Shown here piece by piece: positions 27,050 to 37,723 of a stretch of 64,000 nucleotides of DNA. The translations under genes were made by a program, and so were the position numbers. How positions within the stretch are numbered: the stretch's first letter is position 1; every line of letters begins with the position of its first letter. Where the stretch lies: assembly GCA_035504095.1 (NCBI GenBank), contig DATJSN010000045.1:591-64590 (forward strand), given 5' to 3'. The notes beneath the pieces were generated by a model. It had not been told where the DNA came from. It saw only the letters and a list, made by a program, of their open reading frames with translations, and ran no database searches. Source of the stretch: Phycisphaerae bacterium (GTDB lineage: Bacteria > Planctomycetota > Phycisphaerae > WQYP01).

Positions 27050-28456
27050 ATGGCGTCAGATGAAAACCCACCGGTAATTGAGGGACCGGGAAAAGGAAAA
27101 GCATATTTCGATCGCGCTCGTACCGTTGCGGACACCGGCAACTACGATTATGCCATCGACATGTTTATTGAAGGCCTTCTTCGCGAGCCTTTGAACATGA
27201 AGGAACACGAAACGCTGCGCGACGTGGCACTGAGGCGCAAAGTAAAAGGCGGCAAGGCCGCCGGGGGTATATTTGGCGTCAAAGCCTACTTCAAGGGCAA
27301 ATCTCCCAAGGAACAAATGCTCAACGCCGAATGGGTTCTTGCCAAGGACCCGGGCAACATCAGTGCCATGTTGACTCTTCTGCGCCAGGCGGCCGCAGCG
27401 GGCTATAGAGAAGTAATTCAGTGGTTTGGACCTTTCGTGCTCCAGGCCAACCGCACACAGAAAAAACCTGATTCAAAAATATACGTCGAACTTGCGGACA
27501 TTTACGAAGGCATTGAAGAATTCGCCAAAGCCAGTGAAGCGGTCCAGCTTGCCCAGCAAATGGCGCCCACAGATGCAGAACTGGATGCGCGCATTAAGGA
27601 ACTTGCGGCGCGCGAAACGCTTACCAAAGGCAAATACGAAACTGTTCAGGACTTCAAAGAATCGCTTCTGGATAAGGAAAAGACCAAGGACTTATTGCAA
27701 AAAGAAAGCCTGAGCAAGACTGATGAATTCAAACTTAAGATGATTGCCGAAGCCCGAGTCGCTTACGAACAGAACCCCACTGAACATCAAAACGTCGCCA
27801 AGCTGGTCAAGGCTTTGATTGACATCGAGACTGATGAATATGAAAACGAGGCCGCCGAGGTTTTGCAAAAAGCCTACGAACAGACAAGCACCTATCGCTA
27901 CAAGATGATGATGGGCGATGTCAGAATCAAACAATTCCGCAGGCGTACACGAATAGCCAGAGAACAGGCCAAGGCGCATCCTGAAGATCAGGCCTTAAAA
28001 CAAAATTACCACGATCTCGAGGCCGAACAATTGAAATTTGAACTGCAGGAATACACCGAGCGTGTGGAACACCTTCCGTCGGACATGACCGTTCAATATG
28101 AATACGGACGGCGGCTCTATATGTCCAAGCGCTTCGACGAAGCCATAGGTGCGCTCCAGCAGGCGCAAAATAGCCCGCGATTTCGCTCAGACGCACTCTA
28201 TTTTCTCGGGCGTTGTTTCCTTGAACAATCCATGAACCACGAAGCAGCCGAAACGCTGCAGCGCGCCATCGAAAGCTACGAACTTGCTGAGACGGGGGAT
28301 CAAAAGAGCAAGGAAATGCATTATTGGCTTGCCCGCGCCTATGAGGCAGTCAACAAGCCAGCCGATGCCGAAAAAACCTATAGCCGCGTGACTCAATGGG
28401 ACATCGGATTTCGTGATGCCCGCCAGCGCCTTTCTGAACTGCGAAAACTGCGTTAA
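27050..28456 (+). CDS. TPR-repeat protein
   Basis: About 470 aa of helical-repeat sequence with TPR-like A/Y/L periodicity (YFLGRCFLEQSMNHEAAETLQRAIE; YWLARAYEAVNKPADAEKTY). Confidence 0.75.
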   Translation: MASDENPPVIEGPGKGKAYFDRARTVADTGNYDYAIDMFIEGLLREPLNMKEHETLRDVALRRKVKGGKAAGGIFGVKAYFKGKSPKEQMLNAEWVLAKDPGNISAMLTLLRQAAAAGYREVIQWFGPFVLQANRTQKKPDSKIYVELADIYEGIEEFAKASEAVQLAQQMAPTDAELDARIKELAARETLTKGKYETVQDFKESLLDKEKTKDLLQKESLSKTDEFKLKMIAEARVAYEQNPTEHQNVAKLVKALIDIETDEYENEAAEVLQKAYEQTSTYRYKMMMGDVRIKQFRRRTRIAREQAKAHPEDQALKQNYHDLEAEQLKFELQEYTERVEHLPSDMTVQYEYGRRLYMSKRFDEAIGALQQAQNSPRFRSDALYFLGRCFLEQSMNHEAAETLQRAIESYELAETGDQKSKEMHYWLARAYEAVNKPADAEKTYSRVTQWDIGFRDARQRLSELRKLR

Positions 28457-28475
28457 ATTTGATACCCAAATATAC

Positions 28476-29300
28476 TTAAGCCCCGGTCTTTTCGAGCACT
28501 ACCAGCGCCCGAAATCCTAAAAGAGGCGCTAGCGGCGAACAGATGCGTTCTAAAGCTCGGGCTGTTGGAAATGCAAACTGTGGCAACAGCACTGGCTTGC
28601 TGAATCCTCCGGATAATGGATATACCAGCATGCTGTGAATGTGTCGGCTCCGGATAGCCAAATCAGGAAAATGCTCGCGAAATTTGTTTACCTGACGAAA
28701 GAACATCAACGTCGGTATTGCCTGGTTGCTCGCGAATGCACCGACTCCGCGTGTCGCCGGAGCAAGTTCGCCTGCATGACCCGGCGAATGAGGAAAAATT
28801 TCCACGCTCATATCCAACGGTTCCGGATGCATTAGTTTGTAAAAAACCCATGATACCGGCGATGCATAAGGTTCAGTCATCACCACTCTTCCGCCGCGGC
28901 TAAGTACGCGCTGTGCTTCAGTCAAAAACGTCAGCGGGTAAGCCAGATGATGCAGGACATCGTGCATGACGATATTATCGACAGATCCATCGGTAAAAGG
29001 CAGCCGCATGGCGTCTGCTGCTAGATCAATGTGTGAACACGGCACAACGTCTGTAACGATCGCGTCGGGGAAAAATGTTTTGAAATGGCCTGCTCCGCCC
29101 CCCACTTCCAACACCCGGCCATGGCGATGCGGACCTGACGCATTACGCACCACAAACCAATCCGTCATCTGCTGGAAATATTCATTGTAAACTGCCCGAA
29201 GCACGGGACGGTTATTCCAGGCAATGGCCCGAGCATCAAGAACTTCGCGATCGGCTTGCTCTTGTTTGGCGGCATCTTGATATGGTTTATCTTTAAACAC
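28476..29300 (-). CDS. Class I SAM-dependent methyltransferase
   Basis: VLEVGGGAGHF motif I and the downstream acidic and hydrophobic motifs of methyltransferase type 11/12. Confidence 0.8.
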   Translation of the reverse strand: MFKDKPYQDAAKQEQADREVLDARAIAWNNRPVLRAVYNEYFQQMTDWFVVRNASGPHRHGRVLEVGGGAGHFKTFFPDAIVTDVVPCSHIDLAADAMRLPFTDGSVDNIVMHDVLHHLAYPLTFLTEAQRVLSRGGRVVMTEPYASPVSWVFYKLMHPEPLDMSVEIFPHSPGHAGELAPATRGVGAFASNQAIPTLMFFRQVNKFREHFPDLAIRSRHIHSMLVYPLSGGFSKPVLLPQFAFPTARALERICSPLAPLLGFRALVVLEKTGA

Positions 29301-29311
29301 CGGATCTAAAC

Positions 29312-30319
29312 TTAAAAATCCACGTGCAGGTCAAAACCTTCATCTTGAATCTGTTTAACCAGGGCATGTAAATCGTCGACTGTTCCTTTAAGCCGCTCAG
29401 TTACATCCAATAAAGCGTTGTATAATCGGGGATCCTTTACCAGCAATCCAGCCGTCCCTTGTCCCTGCTGGATTGAGCCGGCGATGCTATTGACCTTTTC
29501 CAGGATTTGCGTCATTTGTGCACTCAAAGAAACAATACTTTGATGTGCCGCATCTGCCGAAGTATCGAATTTTTGAGCCGTTACCGACAATCCCTGCAGC
29601 GTGGTCTTAAGATTTTTTGATGATTCGTCGACGTTGGCGATGATTTCGCGAATCTGGCTCTGAAGTTTAGGATCAGCCAGAAGATTGTTAAGCGAATTGA
29701 TCGTTGTATTAAGTCTCTGAATCAACGCACTCACGTTGTTTATGTTCGACGACGTCATATTTTGTTCTGTGGTGGAGGTTGTATTCACGGGTTGCAATAA
29801 AACATGCATATCATCGGCTACCATGTCCAGCTTGCCGCTGAGCGTAGTGAATTGATCTTTTAAAGATGCGAAATCCTGTATAACAGAGTCCGGGATCAGT
29901 CCCGTTGACGCAAGTTGAGCATTCAAAACCGCGGAACCATCTTTAGGCAGTGTTGTGGCCGCCGGAGTGCCCACTACGCTCAAGGTCATATAAGGTCGGC
30001 CCAGGTTGTCAGCGCCAATGATTGCCCGCGTATTCTCAGGAAGACTCACGTCTCTGTAAACGCCGATGGTTATTTTCGCTGAACCCAAATCTTCGCTTAA
30101 TTCCACGGTGCGTACGGTGCCCACTGTCACGCCATTAAATGTAATAACGTCCTGGCTGTTCAGATTATCCGCACTCGGAGAAATTACAGTCACTTGATAG
30201 GGCGCGTTGGGACCAATCGCCGGCAGCCGCCCCAACAAGAACGCACCCCAGATTACCAAGGCGACGGAAATAACAATTGTCAGGCCGACAATAACGTCGC
30301 GAGCTCGTTCATTAATCAT
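29312..30319 (-). CDS. MlaD/MCE-family protein (solo, no mlaE/mlaF adjacent)
   Basis: N-terminal TM followed by an MCE domain (YQVTVISPSADNLNSQDVITFNGVTVGTVRTVEL) and a long coiled-coil/T-S-N-rich C-terminal region. Confidence 0.85.
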   Translation of the reverse strand: MINERARDVIVGLTIVISVALVIWGAFLLGRLPAIGPNAPYQVTVISPSADNLNSQDVITFNGVTVGTVRTVELSEDLGSAKITIGVYRDVSLPENTRAIIGADNLGRPYMTLSVVGTPAATTLPKDGSAVLNAQLASTGLIPDSVIQDFASLKDQFTTLSGKLDMVADDMHVLLQPVNTTSTTEQNMTSSNINNVSALIQRLNTTINSLNNLLADPKLQSQIREIIANVDESSKNLKTTLQGLSVTAQKFDTSADAAHQSIVSLSAQMTQILEKVNSIAGSIQQGQGTAGLLVKDPRLYNALLDVTERLKGTVDDLHALVKQIQDEGFDLHVDF

Positions 30320-30421
30320 ATTCTGCTTTCGCTCTTAGAGTTCCTTATCCGGCTTCTAGTTTCTCCACACAGGCTTCGAAAGGCAACTACCGCGGACCAC
30401 AATTTGATTTAAGGTCTTTAG

Positions 30422-32533
30422 TCATTTCTTATTCATCAATTTAACCGGTGCCAGCACCTGTGCCGTGCGGTTTGGCAGATAAATTTGCACGCTCTGGTTG
30501 CGCCCGTACATCGGCACGCTCTGCAGTGGATAAGTTGCGTCCGCCGCGGTGCGTCCGAGACCATCAAATTCCGGACGGTCGGTGTCCAAAATAACCCGGT
30601 AATCATTCGGATCCGGCACGGGAATACGCAGGCCGGAAAACGACTCGGAGGGATGAAAGTTAAAAACAAATACCAGTGGGCCCCGCCGGTATGCGATCTG
30701 GCGCGTGTCTTCATGCACCAGCAGTTGCTCGATGAATGGATCGTTGAGCAAATTCCATTGTTCGTCGAGGATTTGCATCGCCCGATCGAAATTATTCAGC
30801 CCGCGATAATGCAGATCATCGCGATTCGCCAGCGACCATAGCCGGCGGGCATAATGAAATGAAAATTGGTTGCCCGGTCTTGGAAAATCGACCCATTCCG
30901 GATGCCCGAACTCATTGCCGATAAAATTAAGATACCCTTCGCCCGCCAAAGAAAATGTGATAAGACGGATCATCTTGTGCAGCGCCAATCCGCGATCCAC
31001 AATGATATTTGGCGTGTTTTTGCCCATAAACCAGTACATTTCCTTGTCCATCAGCCAAAACGCGATGGTCTTGTCCCCTACCAGTGCCTGGTCGTGGCTT
31101 TCGGCATAGCCGATGTGTTTTTCCTGCCTTCGGCGGTTTATCAGCGTGTGATACAATCCGTTAAGATTCCAGTCTTCGTCGCGCTGCTCCTTGAGAAGTT
31201 TGATCCAGTAATCCGGAACGCCCATCGCCAGACGGTAATCAAAACCAAGCCCTCCTTCATCAACCGGACGTGCCATTCCAGGCATGCCGGAAACGTCTTC
31301 GGCGATGGTTATGACATCCGGACGCAATTCATGCACCAGTTTGTTTGCCAGTTGCAGATACGCCAGTGCATCGGAGTCTATATTTGGGCCGAAATAACTA
31401 TCGTAACTGGTGAATTTTGCGCCTAGCCCATGGTCCAGGTAGAGCATGCTCGTAACGCCGTCAAATCGAAACCCATCGAATCTGAATTCCTCCATCCAAT
31501 AACGAAGATTACTCAGCAAAAAACGCTGTATCTCAAATTTGCTGTAATCAAAGCACAGCGAATCCCATGCGACATGCTGACCGCGCACACCGCTGTGAAA
31601 ATACTGATATTCGGTTCCATCAAGCAGGTTCAATCCCTCATTAAGATTTTTCACCGCATGACTATGCACGACATCCAGCAATACGGCGATCCCCATACCA
31701 TGCGCGACGTCTACGAGCTCTTTGAGATCTTCCGGCGTGCCAAAACGTGAAGACGGAGCATAGAAATTGCTGACGTGATATCCGAACGATCCATAATAAG
31801 GATGTTCCATTATCGCCATTAGTTGGATTGCGTTGTAGTGAAGATCGTGCACGCGCGGCAAAATGTTTTGCATAAATTCGCGATAAGAACCTACTCTTTC
31901 CACCTCCTGGGCCATTCCTATGTGTGCTTCGTAAATACGTAGAGCGCCTTTCCGGCTTGCGGCCTGCGGTAGTGAATTTTTCCATTCGTAGGGCGCAGGT
32001 GGATTCCAGTATTGTCCGGAAAAGTCGTGGCTTTGTGGGTCCTGAATCACGCGACGAATATATGCTGGAACACGATCCATCGGACCAATGCGTGAAGTCA
32101 CATGTAGTTTTATTTTTCCAGCATGCACCAGCCGATGAGAATAAAACTCATCGGGCAGAAAAATACTCCAAATGCCGTATGAATCCCGTGATAGTAAATG
32201 CGAGTGGCGATTCCAATCGTTAAAATCGCCGAATACACTTAACTGCGTCGCTCCCGGCGCCCATTCCCGATACCATACGCCAGGTTTGCCTTTGAATTCC
32301 CCGCGATTGAATCCATAATAATGGTGTCCTTGACTTACCATTCCTGTAAGCCCGCCCGCGTCTTCGATACGCGAGAGCAGAAAATGATAATGCGCATAGC
32401 GGTCGCGTAACTGTTGGGCATGCGGCGCCAGCCATGGATCGACGCTAATTAGTCCGGTTCCATCTGGGGCTTTCTTTTCATCTATATTTTGATTGGTAGA
32501 TATTTTAGTTCTACTTCCATTTTTTATTGTCAT
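30422..32533 (-). CDS. glgB: 1,4-alpha-glucan branching enzyme (GH13). The start is the ATG at 32533 (MTIKNGS...); the track ORF uses a TTG at 32566.
   Basis: FDGFRFDGVTSMLY catalytic region, GH13 conserved regions and an N-terminal CBM48-like segment. Confidence 0.9.
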   Translation of the reverse strand: MTIKNGSRTKISTNQNIDEKKAPDGTGLISVDPWLAPHAQQLRDRYAHYHFLLSRIEDAGGLTGMVSQGHHYYGFNRGEFKGKPGVWYREWAPGATQLSVFGDFNDWNRHSHLLSRDSYGIWSIFLPDEFYSHRLVHAGKIKLHVTSRIGPMDRVPAYIRRVIQDPQSHDFSGQYWNPPAPYEWKNSLPQAASRKGALRIYEAHIGMAQEVERVGSYREFMQNILPRVHDLHYNAIQLMAIMEHPYYGSFGYHVSNFYAPSSRFGTPEDLKELVDVAHGMGIAVLLDVVHSHAVKNLNEGLNLLDGTEYQYFHSGVRGQHVAWDSLCFDYSKFEIQRFLLSNLRYWMEEFRFDGFRFDGVTSMLYLDHGLGAKFTSYDSYFGPNIDSDALAYLQLANKLVHELRPDVITIAEDVSGMPGMARPVDEGGLGFDYRLAMGVPDYWIKLLKEQRDEDWNLNGLYHTLINRRRQEKHIGYAESHDQALVGDKTIAFWLMDKEMYWFMGKNTPNIIVDRGLALHKMIRLITFSLAGEGYLNFIGNEFGHPEWVDFPRPGNQFSFHYARRLWSLANRDDLHYRGLNNFDRAMQILDEQWNLLNDPFIEQLLVHEDTRQIAYRRGPLVFVFNFHPSESFSGLRIPVPDPNDYRVILDTDRPEFDGLGRTAADATYPLQSVPMYGRNQSVQIYLPNRTAQVLAPVKLMNKK

Positions 32534-32683
32534 CCGCCCACGTCTCCTTGCTAGAAGTGCCGCCAAAGAATGTTAACATACAATCGCTATTGATGCCGCC
32601 GATATGCGCTTTGTTGCAGGCAAATATACATTAACCGCTATCGTTATTCACACATATGCGAACAACAGCAATTTGGGCAATTC

Positions 32684-32704
32684 TAATTGAGACTATGTCT
32701 CAAT
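32684..32704. promoter_or_regulatory. Perfect 9-3-9 palindrome AATTGAGAC-TAT-GTCTCAATT about 115 bp upstream of sufB, a candidate operator for a dimeric regulator of the suf operon.
   Basis: Read directly from the sequence in the divergent glgB/sufB intergenic region. Its family is unassigned; it does not match Fur, IscR, PerR or DtxR consensus sites. Confidence 0.4.
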
Positions 32705-32818
32705 TGACTTAACTCGCACTTTTGCCCTAACATAGCGTGAATAGGTGGATAAAACTCCGTTTGCTCAGTAATTCTGATGACGGGAGATACTGCCGGATTT
32801 GTGTGAGGTTTACTTTCC

Positions 32819-34264
32819 ATGCCTACTGATGAAGGCACAATAGAGTCTCTGGCTAACAGAGAATATAAATGGGGATTCATTACTAATATCGAATCTGATA
32901 CCCTCCCCAAGGGTCTTAACGAAGACATTATCCGTGAGATTTCTCGCCGTAAAAATGAGCCGGTTTTTCTCTTGGACTGGCGGCTTAAAGCCTATCGGCA
33001 CTGGCTCACTATGACCGAGCCTGCTTGGCCCAATATTAAACATCCTCCAATCGACTATCAGGATATGATTTATTATTCAGCCCCTAAGCCTAAAAAAAAG
33101 CTTGAGAGCCTGGATCAGGTCGATCCTGAATTAATCCAAACCTATAAAAAGCTTGGTATACCGCTGGAAGAACAGAAACTTCTCTCCGGCGTCGCGGTCG
33201 ACGCGGTCTTTGACAGCGTTTCCGTGGCCACCACTTTCAAAGACAAACTCGCCGAAATGGGAGTGATTTTCTGCTCCTTTTCTGAAGCTGTTCAAAAACA
33301 CACTGATCTTGTGCGCAAATACCTTGGAACCGTCGTTCCCTATTCCGACAATTTCTACGCCACACTGAACTCAGCCGTTTTTAGTGACGGCTCGTTCTGT
33401 TACGTTCCTAAAGGCGTTCGTTGTCCGATGGAATTGTCAACGTATTTTCGCATTAACGCCCGAGATACGGGCCAGTTTGAACGTACACTCATCATTGCTG
33501 ACGAAGGTGCTTATGTAAGCTATCTCGAAGGCTGCACCGCGCCCATGCGCGATGAAAATCAGCTTCACGCGGCGGTCGTTGAACTCGTTGCTCTTCAGGG
33601 AGCGCAAATTAAATATTCCACTGTGCAAAACTGGTATCCCGGCGATAAACAAGGCAAAGGCGGCATCTATAACTTTGTTACCAAGCGTGGCAAATGCCTT
33701 GGTGCTGATTCGCGCATCAGTTGGACCCAGGTTGAAACCGGCTCGGCCATCACCTGGAAATATCCCAGCGTAGTTCTGCAGGGAGATCGCTCTATCGGCG
33801 AATTTTATTCTGTTGCACTGACTAACAATTATCAGCAGGCCGACACGGGAACCAAGATGATCCACATCGGCAAAAACACCCGCAGTACGGTAGTATCCAA
33901 AGGCATTTCCGCCGGCCACGGTCAGAACACATACCGAGGTCTGGTCAAAATGCTCAAGGCCGCCACCGGTTCGCGCAATTACACTCAGTGCGATTCGCTA
34001 TTACTCGGTGACAAGTGCGGCGCTCATACGTTCCCTTATATTGAAGTTCACAACACTTCATCCAAGGCCGAGCACGAAGCATCTACTTCCAAAATCGGCG
34101 AGGATCAACTTTTTTACTGTAAACAGCGCGGTATCGCGCTGGAAGACGCCGTCAGCATGATTATCAACGGCTTCTGTAAAGAGGTGTTCAAGGAACTACC
34201 CATGGAATTCGCCGTCGAAGCCCAGAAACTTCTCGGCGTAAGTTTGGAAGGTTCCGTTGGTTAA
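32819..34264 (+). CDS. sufB: Fe-S cluster assembly protein SufB
   Basis: 481 aa. [21 protein letters not shown] and C-terminal SufB/SufD beta-helix blocks. Confidence 0.95.
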   Translation: MPTDEGTIESLANREYKWGFITNIESDTLPKGLNEDIIREISRRKNEPVFLLDWRLKAYRHWLTMTEPAWPNIKHPPIDYQDMIYYSAPKPKKKLESLDQVDPELIQTYKKLGIPLEEQKLLSGVAVDAVFDSVSVATTFKDKLAEMGVIFCSFSEAVQKHTDLVRKYLGTVVPYSDNFYATLNSAVFSDGSFCYVPKGVRCPMELSTYFRINARDTGQFERTLIIADEGAYVSYLEGCTAPMRDENQLHAAVVELVALQGAQIKYSTVQNWYPGDKQGKGGIYNFVTKRGKCLGADSRISWTQVETGSAITWKYPSVVLQGDRSIGEFYSVALTNNYQQADTGTKMIHIGKNTRSTVVSKGISAGHGQNTYRGLVKMLKAATGSRNYTQCDSLLLGDKCGAHTFPYIEVHNTSSKAEHEASTSKIGEDQLFYCKQRGIALEDAVSMIINGFCKEVFKELPMEFAVEAQKLLGVSLEGSVG

Positions 34265-34296
34265 ACCCCGCTAAATACGAGGAAATAATACAAACA

Positions 34297-35058
34297 ATGG
34301 CTTTATTGGAAATTAAAAATTTACGTGCGGCGGTCGGCGGCAGGGAAATTCTCAAGGGCATCAACATCAGCATCAATAGCGGCGAGGTTCATGCCATCAT
34401 GGGTCCCAATGGCTCTGGAAAAAGCACGCTCGCCCAGGTGCTGGCCGGTCGCGAAACGTATGAAGTCACTGGCGGGCAGGTATCTTTTGATGGCAAAGAC
34501 CTGCTGGAACTTTCAGCAGAAGAACGTGCCTGCGAAGGCCTGTTTATGGCTTTTCAATATCCTGTGGAGATTCCCGGCGTAACCACGAGTTATTTCCTCA
34601 AGGCGGCGATTAACGCTATCCGCAAATATCACAATCAATCGGAACTTGATGCCATGGATTTTCTCAAACTTATTAAGGAAAAATCCAAACTTTTGGAAAT
34701 GGACCAGAGTTTTCTCAATCGTTCTGTTAATGAGGGGTTTTCCGGTGGGGAAAAAAAGCGCAATGAAATCCTCCAGATGGCCGTGCTTAATCCGCGCCTT
34801 GCGATTCTCGATGAAACCGATTCCGGCCTCGATATTGACGCCATGAAAATTGTTTCCAAAGGTGTCAATTCACTCCGCAGCCCCGACAGAGGCATTCTCG
34901 TAGTCACACACTATCAGCGTCTGCTCAATTACATCGTTCCAGACTTTGTTCATGTGCTGCGCGACGGCAAAATCATTAAATCCGGCGATAAAAATCTGGC
35001 AATGGAACTGGAGGCTCGCGGCTATGGCTGGCTGGAAAGTCCCGCCGTCGTTGCCTGA
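34297..35058 (+). CDS. sufC: Fe-S cluster assembly ATPase SufC
   Basis: Walker A GPNGSGKST, signature FSGGEKKR, Walker B LAILDE, 253 aa. Confidence 0.95.
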   Translation: MALLEIKNLRAAVGGREILKGINISINSGEVHAIMGPNGSGKSTLAQVLAGRETYEVTGGQVSFDGKDLLELSAEERACEGLFMAFQYPVEIPGVTTSYFLKAAINAIRKYHNQSELDAMDFLKLIKEKSKLLEMDQSFLNRSVNEGFSGGEKKRNEILQMAVLNPRLAILDETDSGLDIDAMKIVSKGVNSLRSPDRGILVVTHYQRLLNYIVPDFVHVLRDGKIIKSGDKNLAMELEARGYGWLESPAVVA

Positions 35059-35095
35059 CGCTGCCCGCCGGTGTTAACTTGCTGAATAAGAGAAT

Positions 35096-36448
35096 GTGAA
35101 AATGATTCAAACCGCTGATTTGTCCAATAACCTTGAGTTTTTTGCTCAGCTTGCCACCGATACCCCGTCCTACGGAGCTGACTGGCTGGAATCTCTGCGC
35201 CGCGAAGCCCTGAGCGAATTCCTTCGTCTCGGTTTTCCCACCACTCATGATGAACAGTGGCGTCTAACCAACGTTGCTCCGATCCTGCGCACCGCTTTTG
35301 TTCGCCCCGGCCCGCGATCCGCCACGCGCCAACAATTGGCTCATCTAATTGGAACGGTGAGCCTTCGAGCCATTGATTCTCACGAACTGGTTTTTGTCAA
35401 CGGCGAATTTTGGCCCGAATTTTCATCGACAAAAGGGTTGTCCATACATGTCGGTACGATCTCGGAAGCCATCCACCGGAATGATCAAACTTCGGAATTA
35501 ATTGCGCGCAATCTCGGCCGTCAGACCGCCGCCGTCGTTGACGGTTTCGCAGCGCTCAATGTCGCCGGTTTCCGCGATGGGGCATTTATACACGTGCCGG
35601 ATGAAACCATTATCACCCAACCGATACATCTGCTGTTTTTAACCATCAGCGGAGATGAACCCGTTATCGTACAGCCGCGAATACTGATCGTCGCCGGTCA
35701 TGGCGTGCAGGCGACCTTTGTTCAAAGTTACGCTGGCGCCGGCGAAACAGCGAATCTGGCCAACGCAGCATGTGAACTGTGCATCGGCGCCAACGCCCGC
35801 ATCGAAATGGTAAAACTCCAGCGCGAAACGCCGCAGGCTTTTCATGTTGCTCATGATCACGTTCGTCTTCGGCAGGGTGCCAACTTTCAGTCTTTGGTGA
35901 TTAATATTGGCGGCGCTCTGGTTCGCAATGACCTTGCCGTAATCCTTGATGGACCGGGCGCTGAGGCAACGCTCAACGGTCTTACGCTGAGTACCGGGCG
36001 CCAGCATATAGACAATCACACTATGCTCGATCACGCTTGTGATCACTGCCCCAGCCACGAACTTTATAAATGCCTCCTGGGTGGAAGTTCCAGCGGCGTA
36101 TTTAAAGGAAAAATTTTAGTTCGCCCCGGTGCTCAGAAAACCGATGCCAAACAAACCAGTAAATCTGTTTTGCTCTCAGATGAAGCCGTGATGAATTCCC
36201 AGCCCCAGCTTGAAATCTATGCCGATGATGTCAAATGTACCCACGGCTCGACTACCGGACCGCTGGATGACGAACAATTATTTTATCTGCGTTCGCGCGG
36301 CATCGAAGAAGCTCAAGCCCGTGCTTTGTTAACTTATGCCTTCGCACGGGACGTACTTTACCGCACCTGGCATCATGGTCTTCGTTCGTATTTGGAAACC
36401 CTGATCGTCGCAGAATTGCATCGTTTGCATCTGGATCAGGCAACGTGA
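35096..36448 (+). CDS. sufD: Fe-S cluster assembly protein SufD
   Basis: 450 aa SufB/SufD-family paralogue lacking the SufB N-terminus; C-terminal DDEQLFYLRSRGI block. Confidence 0.9.
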   Translation: MKMIQTADLSNNLEFFAQLATDTPSYGADWLESLRREALSEFLRLGFPTTHDEQWRLTNVAPILRTAFVRPGPRSATRQQLAHLIGTVSLRAIDSHELVFVNGEFWPEFSSTKGLSIHVGTISEAIHRNDQTSELIARNLGRQTAAVVDGFAALNVAGFRDGAFIHVPDETIITQPIHLLFLTISGDEPVIVQPRILIVAGHGVQATFVQSYAGAGETANLANAACELCIGANARIEMVKLQRETPQAFHVAHDHVRLRQGANFQSLVINIGGALVRNDLAVILDGPGAEATLNGLTLSTGRQHIDNHTMLDHACDHCPSHELYKCLLGGSSSGVFKGKILVRPGAQKTDAKQTSKSVLLSDEAVMNSQPQLEIYADDVKCTHGSTTGPLDDEQLFYLRSRGIEEAQARALLTYAFARDVLYRTWHHGLRSYLETLIVAELHRLHLDQAT

Positions 36449-36502
36449 TCTATGAGAACCGCCTCGCTAAAACCTCGCCGGACTACGCGTAAACAGCCGC
36501 AG

Positions 36503-37723
36503 ATGGTTTTCGATCCCACTGCCATCCGGACCGATTTTCCGCTGCTCCAGACGCAATCTCACGATCATCCGCTGGTGTATCTAGACAATGCCGCCACCAG
36601 TCAAAAACCGCAGGCAGTTATTGCCGCACTCACACGATATTACACGAATCAGAATGCCAACATCCATCGCGGCGTATATAAACTTAGCGTCGACGCCACC
36701 ACTGCGTATGAATGCGTCCGTGAAAAAGTCGCGAATTTTATTGGCACCGGTCAGACACATGAAATTATTTTCGTTCGCGGCACTACTGAAGCTATCAACC
36801 TTGTTGCAGCAAGCTGGGGCGGACAAAATATCAAAGCCGGTGACCAAATTATTCTCTCAGAACTTGAGCATCATTCCAATATTGTGCCCTGGCAACTGCT
36901 TGCGCAGAGAACTGGCGCTAAAATTTGCGTTATTCCCATAACTGACGCCGGCGAATTACGCCTTGACGAGTATGAAAAATTACTCAACGACACCACTCGT
37001 CTCGTAGGCATAACCCATATTTCCAACGCACTGGGGACAATCAATCCTGTTAAGCAGATCACGGCTCTGGCGCACAAATATGGTGCCAAGGTTCTTGTCG
37101 ATGGCGCCCAATCCGTGCCTCACATTCCAGTAAATGTCAAAGATATTGATTGCGATTTTTTTGCTTTTTCCGGCCACAAAATTTGTGGACCCACAGGCGT
37201 TGGCGTCCTTTGGGCGCGGCAGGAAATCCTTGAAGCCATGCCTCCCTATCAAGGGGGCGGCGACATGATCAGTTCCGTCACCTTTGAACAGTCCACATGG
37301 AACGCCGTGCCGTACAAATTTGAAGCCGGCACGCCCAATATCGCAGGCGTCATCGGCCTCGGAGCCGCCATTGATTACGTCACCGGTATAGGCATGGACA
37401 AAATCGTTGCGTATGAAAATGAACTGTTGGGCTATGCTCTGGAAAAAATCTCTGCCATTAAAGGCGTCCGGATCGTTGGTTCCGCCAAACAAAGAGCCGC
37501 GGTAATCTCATTCGTCATGGATGGCGTACATCCCCACGATATCGGCACGATTCTTGACGGCCAAGGCGTCGCTATCCGCACCGGTCATCATTGTTGCCAA
37601 CCGGTTATGGACCGTCTGAATATCCCGGCCACTGCACGGGCTTCATTGGCATTCTATAACAATCGTGAAGACGTTGATCGGCTCTTGGATGCCATTAAAA
37701 AAGTACGGGAGATTTTTGGCTGA
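36503..37723 (+). CDS. sufS: Cysteine desulfurase SufS (class V aminotransferase). The start is the ATG at 36503; the track ORF starts at 36452.
   Basis: PLP-lysine context SGHKICGPTGVGVLW and the catalytic Cys loop RTGHHCCQP. Confidence 0.9.
   Translation: MVFDPTAIRTDFPLLQTQSHDHPLVYLDNAATSQKPQAVIAALTRYYTNQNANIHRGVYKLSVDATTAYECVREKVANFIGTGQTHEIIFVRGTTEAINLVAASWGGQNIKAGDQIILSELEHHSNIVPWQLLAQRTGAKICVIPITDAGELRLDEYEKLLNDTTRLVGITHISNALGTINPVKQITALAHKYGAKVLVDGAQSVPHIPVNVKDIDCDFFAFSGHKICGPTGVGVLWARQEILEAMPPYQGGGDMISSVTFEQSTWNAVPYKFEAGTPNIAGVIGLGAAIDYVTGIGMDKIVAYENELLGYALEKISAIKGVRIVGSAKQRAAVISFVMDGVHPHDIGTILDGQGVAIRTGHHCCQPVMDRLNIPATARASLAFYNNREDVDRLLDAIKKVREIFG

Noticed and set aside
33437-33919. 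A 160-aa minus-strand ORF inside sufB; similar antisense ORFs occur in sufD, sufS and the GH gene (57949..58890)
   Set aside because: They overlap strongly conserved coding regions on the opposite strand.
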